Source of the DNA: an uncultured Bacteroidales bacterium | Lineage (GTDB): Bacteria > Bacteroidota > Bacteroidia > Bacteroidales > CAIWKO01 | Assembly (NCBI GenBank): GCA_964585485.1 | Contig: CAZPDS010000006.1 | Span: forward strand, 1-62,214 | Length of the DNA stretch: 62,214 nucleotides | Reading direction: 5' to 3' | Shown: positions 7,828 to 16,784 of the stretch, piece by piece | How positions within the stretch are numbered: position 1 is the stretch's first letter | How the letters are laid out: each line of letters opens with the position of its first letter | The notes under the pieces: model-generated | Databases searched by the model: none | Told to the model about the DNA's origin: nothing | The model's input: the letters and a program-made list of their open reading frames with translations, nothing else | Position numbers and translations under genes: made by a program

Positions 7828-8057
7828 AACTTTTTTCAGTCTCCGGCCATTTCCCGGACTGCTGCTGATTGAGTCAGGCTTCTGCGGACAGGTGGGGCTT
7901 TCGGGCGGCCCATTAAAATAATTCAAACCCATGTCAGAATTTCCCGGGAATAACGGATAAATTGTTCAATATTTAGGTATCTTTACGGGAATGTGGCGTG
8001 TAGTAGCTGAGGTGCTACATGGAATTGTTCTTGAACTCAACAATAAATTTTATGATC

Positions 8058-8756
8058 ATGAAAAAACTTGTTGCAGAATTTATCGGTACCCTTTGGCTGG
8101 TGCTGGGGGGATGCGGAAGTGCTGTTTTGGCCGCCGCTTATCCGGAACTGGGCATCGGTTTCGTCGGTGTAGCGCTGGCCTTTGGACTTACGGTAGTGAC
8201 GATGGCCTATGCGATTGGCCATATATCGGGTTGCCACCTGAATCCGGCGGTTTCTGTGGGATTATGGATTGGCGGTCGTTTCAGCGGTAAAGATGTGCTG
8301 CCCTATATCGCGGCTCAGGTCCTGGGAGGTATTGCCGGTGCCGCCATCCTTTACCTGATTGCTACGGGAAAGCAAGGCTTCGAGCTGGGCGGATTCGCCG
8401 CTAATGGCTATGGTGAACACTCGCCGGGCGGTTACAATATGTGGGCAGCGCTGCTTACAGAGGTCGTAATGACGTTTATGTTTCTTATGATCATTATGGG
8501 TGCTACGCATTCCAGGGCTCCAAAGTACCTGGCGGGCCTGGCCATAGGCTTAGGACTTACACTCATCCACCTAATTAGCATCCCCGTTACGAACACTTCG
8601 GTAAATCCCGCCCGCAGCACAAGCCAGGCGCTGTTCGTGGGCGACTGGGCGGTGCAGCAGTTATGGCTCTTTTGGGTGGCTCCCCTGATGGGTGCCTTGT
8701 TGGCCGGACTGGTGTACCGGATTATGAGCCCGGAAGGAAAAGAAAAATCAGCTTGA
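8058..8756 (+). CDS. aqpZ: Aquaporin Z
   Basis: [15 protein letters not shown].. with two NPA motifs ([13 protein letters not shown]). Start trimmed to ATG 8058. Confidence 0.92.
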   Translation: MKKLVAEFIGTLWLVLGGCGSAVLAAAYPELGIGFVGVALAFGLTVVTMAYAIGHISGCHLNPAVSVGLWIGGRFSGKDVLPYIAAQVLGGIAGAAILYLIATGKQGFELGGFAANGYGEHSPGGYNMWAALLTEVVMTFMFLMIIMGATHSRAPKYLAGLAIGLGLTLIHLISIPVTNTSVNPARSTSQALFVGDWAVQQLWLFWVAPLMGALLAGLVYRIMSPEGKEKSA

Positions 8757-8797
8757 TATTGAAATAGAGCGTTAATCAAAAATCTAAATTTTATTTT

Positions 8798-9184
8798 ATG
8801 GGTTTACTTGATCAATTAAAATCTTCACTCGGTGGTGGATCCGGCGAGGGAATGTTATCCTCTGTAATCGGAATGATCGGAGGTGAGAAGGGTGGATTGA
8901 ATGGACTCATTGAAACATTTAAATCCAAAGGACTGGGCGATCTGATTGGCTCCTGGGTGGGAACAGATCAAAACAAACCTATTTCCGGCGACCAGGTGCA
9001 GCAGGTGCTGGGGGAAGGCAAGATTAAAGAATTGGCCGACAAACATGGTGTTGATGTTAATACCGTAAAGGCTAAGGTTTCCGAGTATCTTCCCGGTGTG
9101 ATTGATAAACTTACCCCGGATGGAAAAGTTCCGGAAGACGATATGCTAAGCAAGGGCCTGAATGCTTTAAAGGGATTGTTTTAA
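8798..9184 (+). CDS. YidB-family protein (DUF937)
   Basis: MGLLDQL..GGLNGLIETFKSKGLGDLIGSWVGTDQNKPISGDQVQQVLG..LTPDGKVPE matches the YidB pattern. Confidence 0.8.
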   Translation: MGLLDQLKSSLGGGSGEGMLSSVIGMIGGEKGGLNGLIETFKSKGLGDLIGSWVGTDQNKPISGDQVQQVLGEGKIKELADKHGVDVNTVKAKVSEYLPGVIDKLTPDGKVPEDDMLSKGLNALKGLF

Positions 9185-9189
9185 TATCC

Positions 9190-11703
9190 TCAGAAGCTAA
9201 ACCAGAACGAAAACATAAAGGTGAACTGCGAAACGTCCTTGTGGTCAAGGTACGAAAAGCGCCAAATGCCGTCGAGCCGGAGGAAGGTGAAAATATTTTC
9301 GATTCCGACGCCGGCTTCGTAATAGGGCTGCCCCAGCGTGTAGGTGTTGGCGGGTAGGTTGTTGTAGGCCCGGTTGGCATCGTTCATATGCCCCATCACG
9401 CAACGCCCGTGGATGACTTCGCGCCAGCGCAGTTTCTTTAATAGCGGGATTTTATTAAACAGCAGTCCGTCGAAGTGGTGCGTGAAGTAAAGGTGAAGGT
9501 ATTCATCACTCACAAATTCGTAGTAGTTCATGGTGTTGATGGCGTACTCATCAAACGATAGCGTTTCATTGGCTTCATGCAACTTTAGCAAAGAGTAGGG
9601 AAGAGTGCCCCAGATTTTTCCGGCTTCGATGTAATATCGCGACCAGCCGAGGGCGCCTACTTTGTAGCGTTGCTTCAGGCTTAGCTGCAGGCGGTGGTAA
9701 TCGTAATCGCCGCCCCACAAATCTTTGGCACCGTAAGCATAGCCCACGTCAAGCACGGGATAGTGGGTGCCCAGGCTCATACGCTCAAATTCGCCCATGA
9801 TGATTTTTTCATGAAAGGCGAAATGCAGACTGAACGAAATTTCTGAAGTTGTAATGGAGGGTCGGGTAAAAACCCGCCCATTATCATTGTAGGTGAACAG
9901 GGTCGAACCCATGGGGAAAATTTCCCGTCGCGTTATCATTAATTTGTTGGAGAAGCCGAAAAACCATTCGTGTTCGTAAAAGCCCTTGATCTCCTCCACC
10001 ATACTTAACTTGTTCTGTGGATTCCGGCGAATGAGTGAGCCCACGATGTAATCAGTGCGCAGCGCATTCTGGCTTTCGCCCAACTGCTCAATATCGTAAC
10101 GGTAGGCCATACCAAAACCAGAGTTGGGATTTTTCTTAAAACGATACCAGAAATCTGCACCCCCTTTGAATTTACGGTCGCGGGTTCCGTACGCCAGGTG
10201 CGCCTCGATCATCGACATAGTGCTAAATTTATTGCTGGTTCGCCCCCCCAGCCGGATCCGGTCGCCCTCGATTTCATTAAAACTATAAATGGAACTCCAG
10301 GGGCCGATTTCAACCTGGCCCCAGACTTTATAGCCCGTCGTGAGGATCGTAAATAGTTCTTTGTAGATTTTAAAGGCCGGCACCGTTTGTATGGTGTCCG
10401 TCATATGATAAATGCTCAGTTGCTCGGCTGTCAGGCTGTCGTGGCGTGCGCGGGCCCAGAATAGATCGTCCTTCTGTGTTGCACTATCAAGGACCACCAC
10501 ATCGTTCGGTATGTTATAATCTGCGTCGGGACGGCGCTCATTCACCCGAAGGTTCCGGAAAGAACTGTTACGGTGCACGTAGAAGCCAATCGTCCATTTG
10601 CTGTTCTCGGTGATGTTGAGATCGGCCACCAACTCCTCCGACGCCAGCAGGAAGTGTGTGCTGTCGACACGCTGAAAGTCCTGATTGATCACAATTTCAT
10701 TGATGAGGTTCACGTTGGCATCCCCCACCAGCCGTATGTCGGCCTTTTTCAACGCATAGGTGCTATCCGTAATCCACAAGGTGCCGGTAAAGGTTAGTTC
10801 CTGCGAACGACGTGGCTTGAAGCTGAGTTTGTAACACCAGTCATGGTCGATAAAACTGCTGTCGGTGAGGTAATACCGGTAATACGCCAGCCCAAAGTTG
10901 GCCAGCGGACTCACAAAGTTCTTCTCGAACATGTCGATGTAGTTCTTGTAGAGGTTGGCGTTAACGTAGGAATTCCCCAGCATGGACGAGATGCTCGCGT
11001 TTTTCATTCCGGAAATACGCGTGGCTTTTATGATTTCGCGTAAGGTCTGCGGGTTTTTCCGGTAATATACTTCCGAGAGTGTTTCGGTGAAGAAGACCGG
11101 CAGGTATGCCTTTCCGTTGATGATGGAGGTGTCTACATTTTCGAACACAAAGCGGAAGGGCTTCATGATGCCTCGATCCTTCAGGCGTTCGGTGAAATTG
11201 TTCGCGTCAATCTGGATCTTCGTGTAGGCCTCAAATTCATAGGCGTCGAAGTCATCAGGGTTGTTGAAGGCTTTGTGGTCGATCACCTTTTTCAGCAGAA
11301 CCTCGGCGGGGTTTAAACCCGGCAGGATCACCACTTCGGCCAACTCATAGCTCACCGGCTTTAGCTCAAAATCAATGAACTGGAAGCGGTTTTTCACCAC
11401 TCCGCTGGTGGCGTTTTCGTAGCCCATATACTGAGCCTGCAAGGTGTCGGTGGGCGTTTTAGTTTCCAGGGAGTATCGTCCTTCGAAGTCGGTGGTGGTG
11501 GCTATCCCCGAGCCTTTAAAGAATATGTTGACAAACGGAATGGGCTGCTTCGATTTCCGGTCGATGACCGTTCCCATAATTTTCGTCAGATTCTGCGAAT
11601 ACGAAACCGTCGGTATCAGCATGAGCAGGCACAACAAGCGTACCCAACGGCTGGGCCGCAAGGCGTTCAGACCGGTGAAGGCAGGCGGGCCTGTTTTTTT
11701 CAT
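9190..11703 (-). CDS. Large outer-membrane-type protein with N-terminal carboxypeptidase-regulatory-like domain (DUF5686-like)
   Basis: Signal peptide, then GTVIDRKSKQPIPFVNIFFKGSGIATTTDFEGRYSLE (CarboxypepD_reg-like). Ends in ..FSFWFSF, an aromatic terminus. Start trimmed to ATG 11703. Confidence 0.75.
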   Translation of the reverse strand: MKKTGPPAFTGLNALRPSRWVRLLCLLMLIPTVSYSQNLTKIMGTVIDRKSKQPIPFVNIFFKGSGIATTTDFEGRYSLETKTPTDTLQAQYMGYENATSGVVKNRFQFIDFELKPVSYELAEVVILPGLNPAEVLLKKVIDHKAFNNPDDFDAYEFEAYTKIQIDANNFTERLKDRGIMKPFRFVFENVDTSIINGKAYLPVFFTETLSEVYYRKNPQTLREIIKATRISGMKNASISSMLGNSYVNANLYKNYIDMFEKNFVSPLANFGLAYYRYYLTDSSFIDHDWCYKLSFKPRRSQELTFTGTLWITDSTYALKKADIRLVGDANVNLINEIVINQDFQRVDSTHFLLASEELVADLNITENSKWTIGFYVHRNSSFRNLRVNERRPDADYNIPNDVVVLDSATQKDDLFWARARHDSLTAEQLSIYHMTDTIQTVPAFKIYKELFTILTTGYKVWGQVEIGPWSSIYSFNEIEGDRIRLGGRTSNKFSTMSMIEAHLAYGTRDRKFKGGADFWYRFKKNPNSGFGMAYRYDIEQLGESQNALRTDYIVGSLIRRNPQNKLSMVEEIKGFYEHEWFFGFSNKLMITRREIFPMGSTLFTYNDNGRVFTRPSITTSEISFSLHFAFHEKIIMGEFERMSLGTHYPVLDVGYAYGAKDLWGGDYDYHRLQLSLKQRYKVGALGWSRYYIEAGKIWGTLPYSLLKLHEANETLSFDEYAINTMNYYEFVSDEYLHLYFTHHFDGLLFNKIPLLKKLRWREVIHGRCVMGHMNDANRAYNNLPANTYTLGQPYYEAGVGIENIFTFLRLDGIWRFSYLDHKDVSQFTFMFSFWFSF

Positions 11704-11740
11704 CGCAACGGGAAATCGGGTTGTTTTGGTTGGCAGCAGG

Positions 11741-11748
11741 CAAAGGTA
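11741..11748 (-). promoter_or_regulatory. -7 promoter box (TAnnTTTG) for the DUF5686-like gene
   Basis: The minus strand reads TACCTTTG, 37 nt upstream of the ATG at 11703. Confidence 0.4.
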
Positions 11749-11834
11749 CAAGTAAAAAATGAATCCGGGAATGTCAGCATCTTGTGGCAGAATTTCTGTA
11801 TTTTCGCAAGGCACTAATCCCAAATATCCTTAAC

Positions 11835-12929
11835 ATGTTAAACGGGAAAACCGTGGCCGTGGTAATTCCGGCTTTCAACGAAGTACAACAGATTCGTATG
11901 GTGATTGAAACCATGCCCGGATTCGTGGATAAGTTGATCGTTGTTGATGATGCCTCCACCGATGGCCTGCCGGAGACCGTCAAGCAACTTATTGCAGAGA
12001 GCGGAAAAGGGATGGCCTTGCCGGCATTCAGGCTGGAAGAAACGAATGGTCGTTATCATCGCGCCAACAAGCTGCTCTTCGAACAAAGCCTGATGGAACG
12101 TCGCTTCTTCACGCCGGCCGACCTCCTTAATGAAGATCCCGACCACGACCGCCTGATTGGCCTGCGCCACAAAACAAACGCGGGTGTGGGCGCCGCCATC
12201 GCTACGGGCTATAAATGGTGCAAGGATCATCGCATCGACTGTACGGCCGTGATGGCCGGCGACGGGCAGATGGACCCCGACGAACTCGAATCCATTTGCC
12301 GCCCTGTTACTGACGAGGGCATCGATTACGTAAAGGGCAACCGCCTGATTCACCGATCCGCATGGCTGGCTATTCCTCGTGTCCGATTTTTGGGCAATGC
12401 CATCTTGTCCGCCCTTACCAAACTGGCTTCTGGCTATTGGCACGTGAGCGACACACAAACCGGATATACCGCCATCTCAAACAAAGCCTTGAATGCCATC
12501 GCACTGTATAAAATTTACAAGCGCTACGGCATGCCCAATGATATGCTCGTGAAACTTAATATTGCTTTCTGTACCTTACGGGAAGTGGAAATAAAACCCG
12601 TGTACTTTGTCGGTGAACAGTCCAAAATGCGCGTCCATAAAGTCATTCCTCGTATCATCTGGCTGCTGATAACCTCCTTTTTTTCGCGCTTGTATTCAAA
12701 ATACCTCTTCCGCGATTTTCATCCGCTCTTCATTCTGTACCATATGGGATTTGTGTTAGGGCTGATGGCGATCCCATATTTTGTTAAGATCTTGACTATC
12801 GTTATCGAAGGGCGCAACGCCAATCCGGTGACCATCCTTGCTTTTGTTTTCCTTCTTATCAGCAGCCTGCAGAGCATTCTCTTTGCCATGTGGATGGACA
12901 TTCAGGACAACGAGCGACTCTACAAGTAG
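11835..12929 (+). CDS. Family-2 glycosyltransferase with two C-terminal TM helices (polyprenyl-phosphate sugar synthase type, GtrB/Dpm1/AglD-like)
   Basis: VAVVIPAFNE, VVDDASTDG and AGDGQMDPDEL motifs. The C-terminal hydrophobic segments are typical of lipid-phosphate-sugar-forming GT2 enzymes. Start trimmed to ATG 11835. Confidence 0.8.
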   Translation: MLNGKTVAVVIPAFNEVQQIRMVIETMPGFVDKLIVVDDASTDGLPETVKQLIAESGKGMALPAFRLEETNGRYHRANKLLFEQSLMERRFFTPADLLNEDPDHDRLIGLRHKTNAGVGAAIATGYKWCKDHRIDCTAVMAGDGQMDPDELESICRPVTDEGIDYVKGNRLIHRSAWLAIPRVRFLGNAILSALTKLASGYWHVSDTQTGYTAISNKALNAIALYKIYKRYGMPNDMLVKLNIAFCTLREVEIKPVYFVGEQSKMRVHKVIPRIIWLLITSFFSRLYSKYLFRDFHPLFILYHMGFVLGLMAIPYFVKILTIVIEGRNANPVTILAFVFLLISSLQSILFAMWMDIQDNERLYK

Positions 12930-12930
12930 C

Positions 12931-13911
12931 ATGAAAACACGTGACCTGATAAAACTGCTGATCTCGCTGCTGATTATCAGCACGATCGTGGCCTTTCTGG
13001 CAACCCGCGGTTATTTCAGCATTCTTCAGAAAATGGATTTTACACATTGGCTCTGGATCCTTGTGTTGTCGCTGGCTACTTTTCTTGTGAACGGCGTGCA
13101 GGAATTCACCCTGGTGCGTCATATCAGTGGCACGCGCCTTCGCACGGGCGACGTGCTGTTCATGCCCATGAGCATGAACCTGTTTTCCTATTTTATCCCC
13201 ACCAACGGAGGCATCATTTACGCTATCTACTTCCTGAAAAAGAAATACAAGGTGGATACCCGACAGGGATTCTCCGTAGGCGTTGTCACCATTTATATTT
13301 CTTTCATCATTTCGGGCCTGGCTACGCTGATCGCCCTCTTTTTCTTCGGCTCACTTATGCTCTGGCTGGTGTTATTGGCCTTGATGATGATCTTCAGTCC
13401 GCTCTTGGTGTACCTTGGCGACGTGGTGCTGCAACTCATCCCCTTCCGCAAGGGAAGCCTCTTTAACAAGGCGCAGGTCTATCTGCACGAGGTCATCCAA
13501 CAGTCCCTGCAAATGCTGCGCAATCTTAAGATCACGCTGATCAACGCGGCACTAACAGTGTTCGCACTCTTGATTATCTTCGGTATTTATTATCTGTTGA
13601 ACGACGCGCTGGATACACACATGACCTTGCTTTCGCTCATCGCTATCATCACCATGCAGCGCATTTCGGTGCTCATTCGCCTTCTCCCGGGGAACCTGGG
13701 TCTGGAAGAGCTAATGACGGCGGCATTGTTTGGGATTATCGGACAGGATCCATCCATTGGTTTGCTGTATTCCGTCTTTATGCGTTTCTGCACCTTCGTG
13801 TGGACCTTGCCTGTCGGTGTGCTCCACACGATGTTTAATGCTTCCTACTTTAGTGTGAATGATGTAAAGGCGCTGCTCAGGAAGAAAGACAACGAGCGCT
13901 TGCCGGAATAA
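12931..13911 (+). CDS. Flippase-like polytopic membrane protein (lysyl-PG synthase TM-region family, PF03706-like)
   Basis: About 8 TM helices. C-terminal LPGNLGLEE motif is typical of this family. ATG lies 1 nt after the GT2 stop. Confidence 0.7.
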   Translation: MKTRDLIKLLISLLIISTIVAFLATRGYFSILQKMDFTHWLWILVLSLATFLVNGVQEFTLVRHISGTRLRTGDVLFMPMSMNLFSYFIPTNGGIIYAIYFLKKKYKVDTRQGFSVGVVTIYISFIISGLATLIALFFFGSLMLWLVLLALMMIFSPLLVYLGDVVLQLIPFRKGSLFNKAQVYLHEVIQQSLQMLRNLKITLINAALTVFALLIIFGIYYLLNDALDTHMTLLSLIAIITMQRISVLIRLLPGNLGLEELMTAALFGIIGQDPSIGLLYSVFMRFCTFVWTLPVGVLHTMFNASYFSVNDVKALLRKKDNERLPE

Positions 13912-13920
13912 AGCCGTGGA

Positions 13921-16026
13921 TTACTTTTTTTGTGACTGTGCCCATTTCAGATTATTGGCAGCGCGCTCAAACGTGGGGTTGATTTGCAGCGCTTTTTCGC
14001 AGGCAGCAATGCCTTCCTCCCACATCGACATGGCGTTGTAGGCTGAGCAGATGTTATTCCAGGCTTCCGCGTAGTCGGGTTTTAGCTTCAGGGCCTCGTT
14101 GCAGGCATCAATGCATTTTTGGTAATCACCGCGGTTGTAGTGTGTAAGGCTGAGGTCCAACCAGGCCTCGGGCGTGGGATGCTCTTTTACCTGCAATGCC
14201 TGTGGCAGGCTCTCATCGGGCCGGCCGGCGGCTGTTTTAAGCCAGGATAGAGCCGTGGCATCCCCGGGAAGAAGCCGGAGCGTTTCGTGGGCCACCTCAG
14301 CTAATGTTCCCCAGGCGCGGGTTTCAGCATAGAGCTGCATGAGCAGGTAGCGCGATTTCAAGTCCCCGGGCTGGATGGATAAACCCGTCCGCAAATTCGC
14401 GATGGCTTTATCGGTCTGCCCATGCTGGTGAAGAAACTCCGCGTAAAAATAGTAAGGCTCTTGATTCTGCCCGCCGCAGTTGATCGCCGATAGATGCCAC
14501 TGTTCCGCCTGGTCTTTCAGTCCCTGCGCGTTTTTCAGGATCGCCATGTTGATGTGGGTGTACGTCCAGTTAGGCCACTTTTTTAAGGCTTTGCGGTAAT
14601 AATATTCGGCTTCGAACAGGTCGCCGGCGGCCATTTTGGTAAGGCCGTAATTCATCAGGGCGCGTGCGTTGTCAGGATTCTTTTGAACAATATCAGCCCA
14701 CAAGGTTTCGTCATCTTGCCAGATTTCATTACGCTGCCACGTGCCGTAAGCATAGGAAACGATCAATACCAGGGCCACCGCGGAAAGTACGCGGGAAAAC
14801 TTTTTTGTCGTGAAGACCGGTTGAATTTTCAGCATAAATAGATAGGCCCCCCAGCTTAACGCGATGACCAGGCCTATGTATGGGAAAATTAAACGGTGAC
14901 TATTGGAAACCTGTGTCAGGGCGGTGAATGCGGATGTTGGCAGGGAGGCCGCAAGAAACCAAAGCAGGCCAAAGGCAATGGGCCGGCCTTTTTCGGTGCG
15001 GCCGGCAACAACGGAAATCACCAGCAGGGCCGCGATAAACAACAGACCGACCCACAGGCGAAAATCAGCGGCCGTGTGGAAAACATCCAGCCCGGTGTCG
15101 GAGCTTAATCCCAGCGGAAGTATACTCTGCACGAAATACGTGGCCAGCACCCAGGGCTGCGTGATCAGGTACTGCGCGCGGTAGCCTTCGGGAAACGGCA
15201 ATCCGTGCAGCGTTCCGCCCAAAACGGTTTGTCGGTAGAGTAGTATCTGTACCAGAACAATCGTGATGAAAAGTGCCACAAAGGAGGGCAGGCTTGTTTT
15301 AAAGGCGCCCCATACCTGTTTGCGTTTGGCGCGAACGAATAAGTCGCCCGGCGATAGTTTCTGTTCAAAAAAGTAAATATACAGCAGCAATAAAGCCGGG
15401 AACATGACGGCGGTTTCTTTCGCAAACACGCCGATAACGGGAGGTATAAGGTAGAGGTAATACCGGCGCGAACGGGCGGAGAAAAGGTACATCAGCAAGC
15501 CGGCCACAACGAAAAAGGTGGCGAAGAGATCGGCGCGCTGACAGAGGTAGTTCACCGTTTCTGCATTGGCCGGATGCAAGAGGTACCAGGCCGTGGCGAA
15601 AAAGGCCACGAAGAGGTTCCATGGATGCGTAAGACTGTTGTTGAAGATTTTGCGGATGATAAAGAACAGCATCAGACCCAACAACAGAAAGGCAAGAAAC
15701 ATGGGAAGGTGATAATAAAAAGGGATAAAGCCTTCCGGATACTGTTGGCTGACGTCGATTCCAAGTGGGTCTTGCTTCGACATATAATAATCGAGGGCGG
15801 TGCTGGCGGTGGTCACCGGGCGGAACCCCAGATTCGTGGGCATGGATCCGAAGGCTTTGGCTTCGGTAAAAATCACGGAAAGGTTGCTGAGGTGACGAAT
15901 GTAGATGTTGTTATTGATCGTATGCGAATCGTCGAAGTGAAACCCGTTGTCGAAATGATTGCTGTAGGTAAGCAGAACAGCAGCCAACAGGGTCAGGCCC
16001 AGGATCCATCCGGTGGTTTTTTTCAT
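13921..16026 (-). CDS. GT-C-fold membrane glycosyltransferase with C-terminal TPR array (TMTC/DUF1736-like architecture)
   Basis: N-terminal motifs are NGFHFDDSHTINNN, GFRPVT, YYHL, HPANAETVNYLCQRADL and FAKETAV, across about 10 TM helices. The C-terminal ~280 aa are TPR repeats. Start trimmed to ATG 16026. Confidence 0.7.
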   Translation of the reverse strand: MKKTTGWILGLTLLAAVLLTYSNHFDNGFHFDDSHTINNNIYIRHLSNLSVIFTEAKAFGSMPTNLGFRPVTTASTALDYYMSKQDPLGIDVSQQYPEGFIPFYYHLPMFLAFLLLGLMLFFIIRKIFNNSLTHPWNLFVAFFATAWYLLHPANAETVNYLCQRADLFATFFVVAGLLMYLFSARSRRYYLYLIPPVIGVFAKETAVMFPALLLLYIYFFEQKLSPGDLFVRAKRKQVWGAFKTSLPSFVALFITIVLVQILLYRQTVLGGTLHGLPFPEGYRAQYLITQPWVLATYFVQSILPLGLSSDTGLDVFHTAADFRLWVGLLFIAALLVISVVAGRTEKGRPIAFGLLWFLAASLPTSAFTALTQVSNSHRLIFPYIGLVIALSWGAYLFMLKIQPVFTTKKFSRVLSAVALVLIVSYAYGTWQRNEIWQDDETLWADIVQKNPDNARALMNYGLTKMAAGDLFEAEYYYRKALKKWPNWTYTHINMAILKNAQGLKDQAEQWHLSAINCGGQNQEPYYFYAEFLHQHGQTDKAIANLRTGLSIQPGDLKSRYLLMQLYAETRAWGTLAEVAHETLRLLPGDATALSWLKTAAGRPDESLPQALQVKEHPTPEAWLDLSLTHYNRGDYQKCIDACNEALKLKPDYAEAWNNICSAYNAMSMWEEGIAACEKALQINPTFERAANNLKWAQSQKK

Positions 16027-16034
16027 GGCAGCTA

Positions 16035-16664
16035 TTAATAGGTAACACGAATAATCATGTACACCCCGAGAATAACCAGAATTACGCCCAGGCAATAGTT
16101 AACGATAGTGATCACCCGCGGCTTCAGGTATTGTTTAATTTTCCCGGCGATAAAGCATTTCAGCAGGTCGGTGGCCAGCACCGTGCTCAGGGTGCCGCCG
16201 AAAAAAACCAGCAATTCGTTCGACTTGGGCCCGTAAGTGTTGCCAACGTAGGCCATCCATCCCATCCAGAACACCAATAAAAATGGATTCAGTAAATTCA
16301 GCGCAAAGCCTTTGGCCATGTACTTCAGGGGCTTTGTTTTTTCAATCGGAACGGGTTCGCGGAGTTCGGGATCTTTGGATAAGGGCGTTTTCTTCCGAAA
16401 GGTAAAAACACCGAAGAGGATCATGACAATGCCACCGATAAGACCAAATACGATCGTATTCTCGGGCTCGGTAAGCAGAGAAGAAACACCAAGGTAGCTC
16501 AAGGCTACCAGCATAGTATCGCTCATGAAAATTCCCAGGGCCATGAAAAGACCGGCACGGAATCCGCGGTAGATGCTGGTTTGCAGTAGGCTAAAGAAGG
16601 CCGGACCCAGCATGATGGCAATGGTCAGCCCAAGTAAAATGCCACTTAACAAACCCTCCAACAT
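16035..16664 (-). CDS. LysE/RhtB-family amino-acid exporter
   Basis: 209 aa with six hydrophobic helices. N-terminal LLGLTIAIMLGPAFFSLLQTS pattern matches LysE translocators. Confidence 0.75.
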   Translation of the reverse strand: MLEGLLSGILLGLTIAIMLGPAFFSLLQTSIYRGFRAGLFMALGIFMSDTMLVALSYLGVSSLLTEPENTIVFGLIGGIVMILFGVFTFRKKTPLSKDPELREPVPIEKTKPLKYMAKGFALNLLNPFLLVFWMGWMAYVGNTYGPKSNELLVFFGGTLSTVLATDLLKCFIAGKIKQYLKPRVITIVNYCLGVILVILGVYMIIRVTY

Positions 16665-16694
16665 ATTTTTCTTTTCGGATTTTTAGGAAACGAA

Positions 16695-16702
16695 CAAAAA
16701 TA
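16695..16702 (-). promoter_or_regulatory. -7 promoter box (TAnnTTTG) for the lysE-family gene
   Basis: The minus strand reads TATTTTTG, 30 nt upstream of the ATG at 16664. Confidence 0.45.
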
Positions 16703-16784
16703 CAAATAATTTTTTCTGCCGGACGATAGCGATCCTGTTTTTTTGCAGTGCCGGCCGCTGGCTGCGATTGATGAACGCAAAAGA

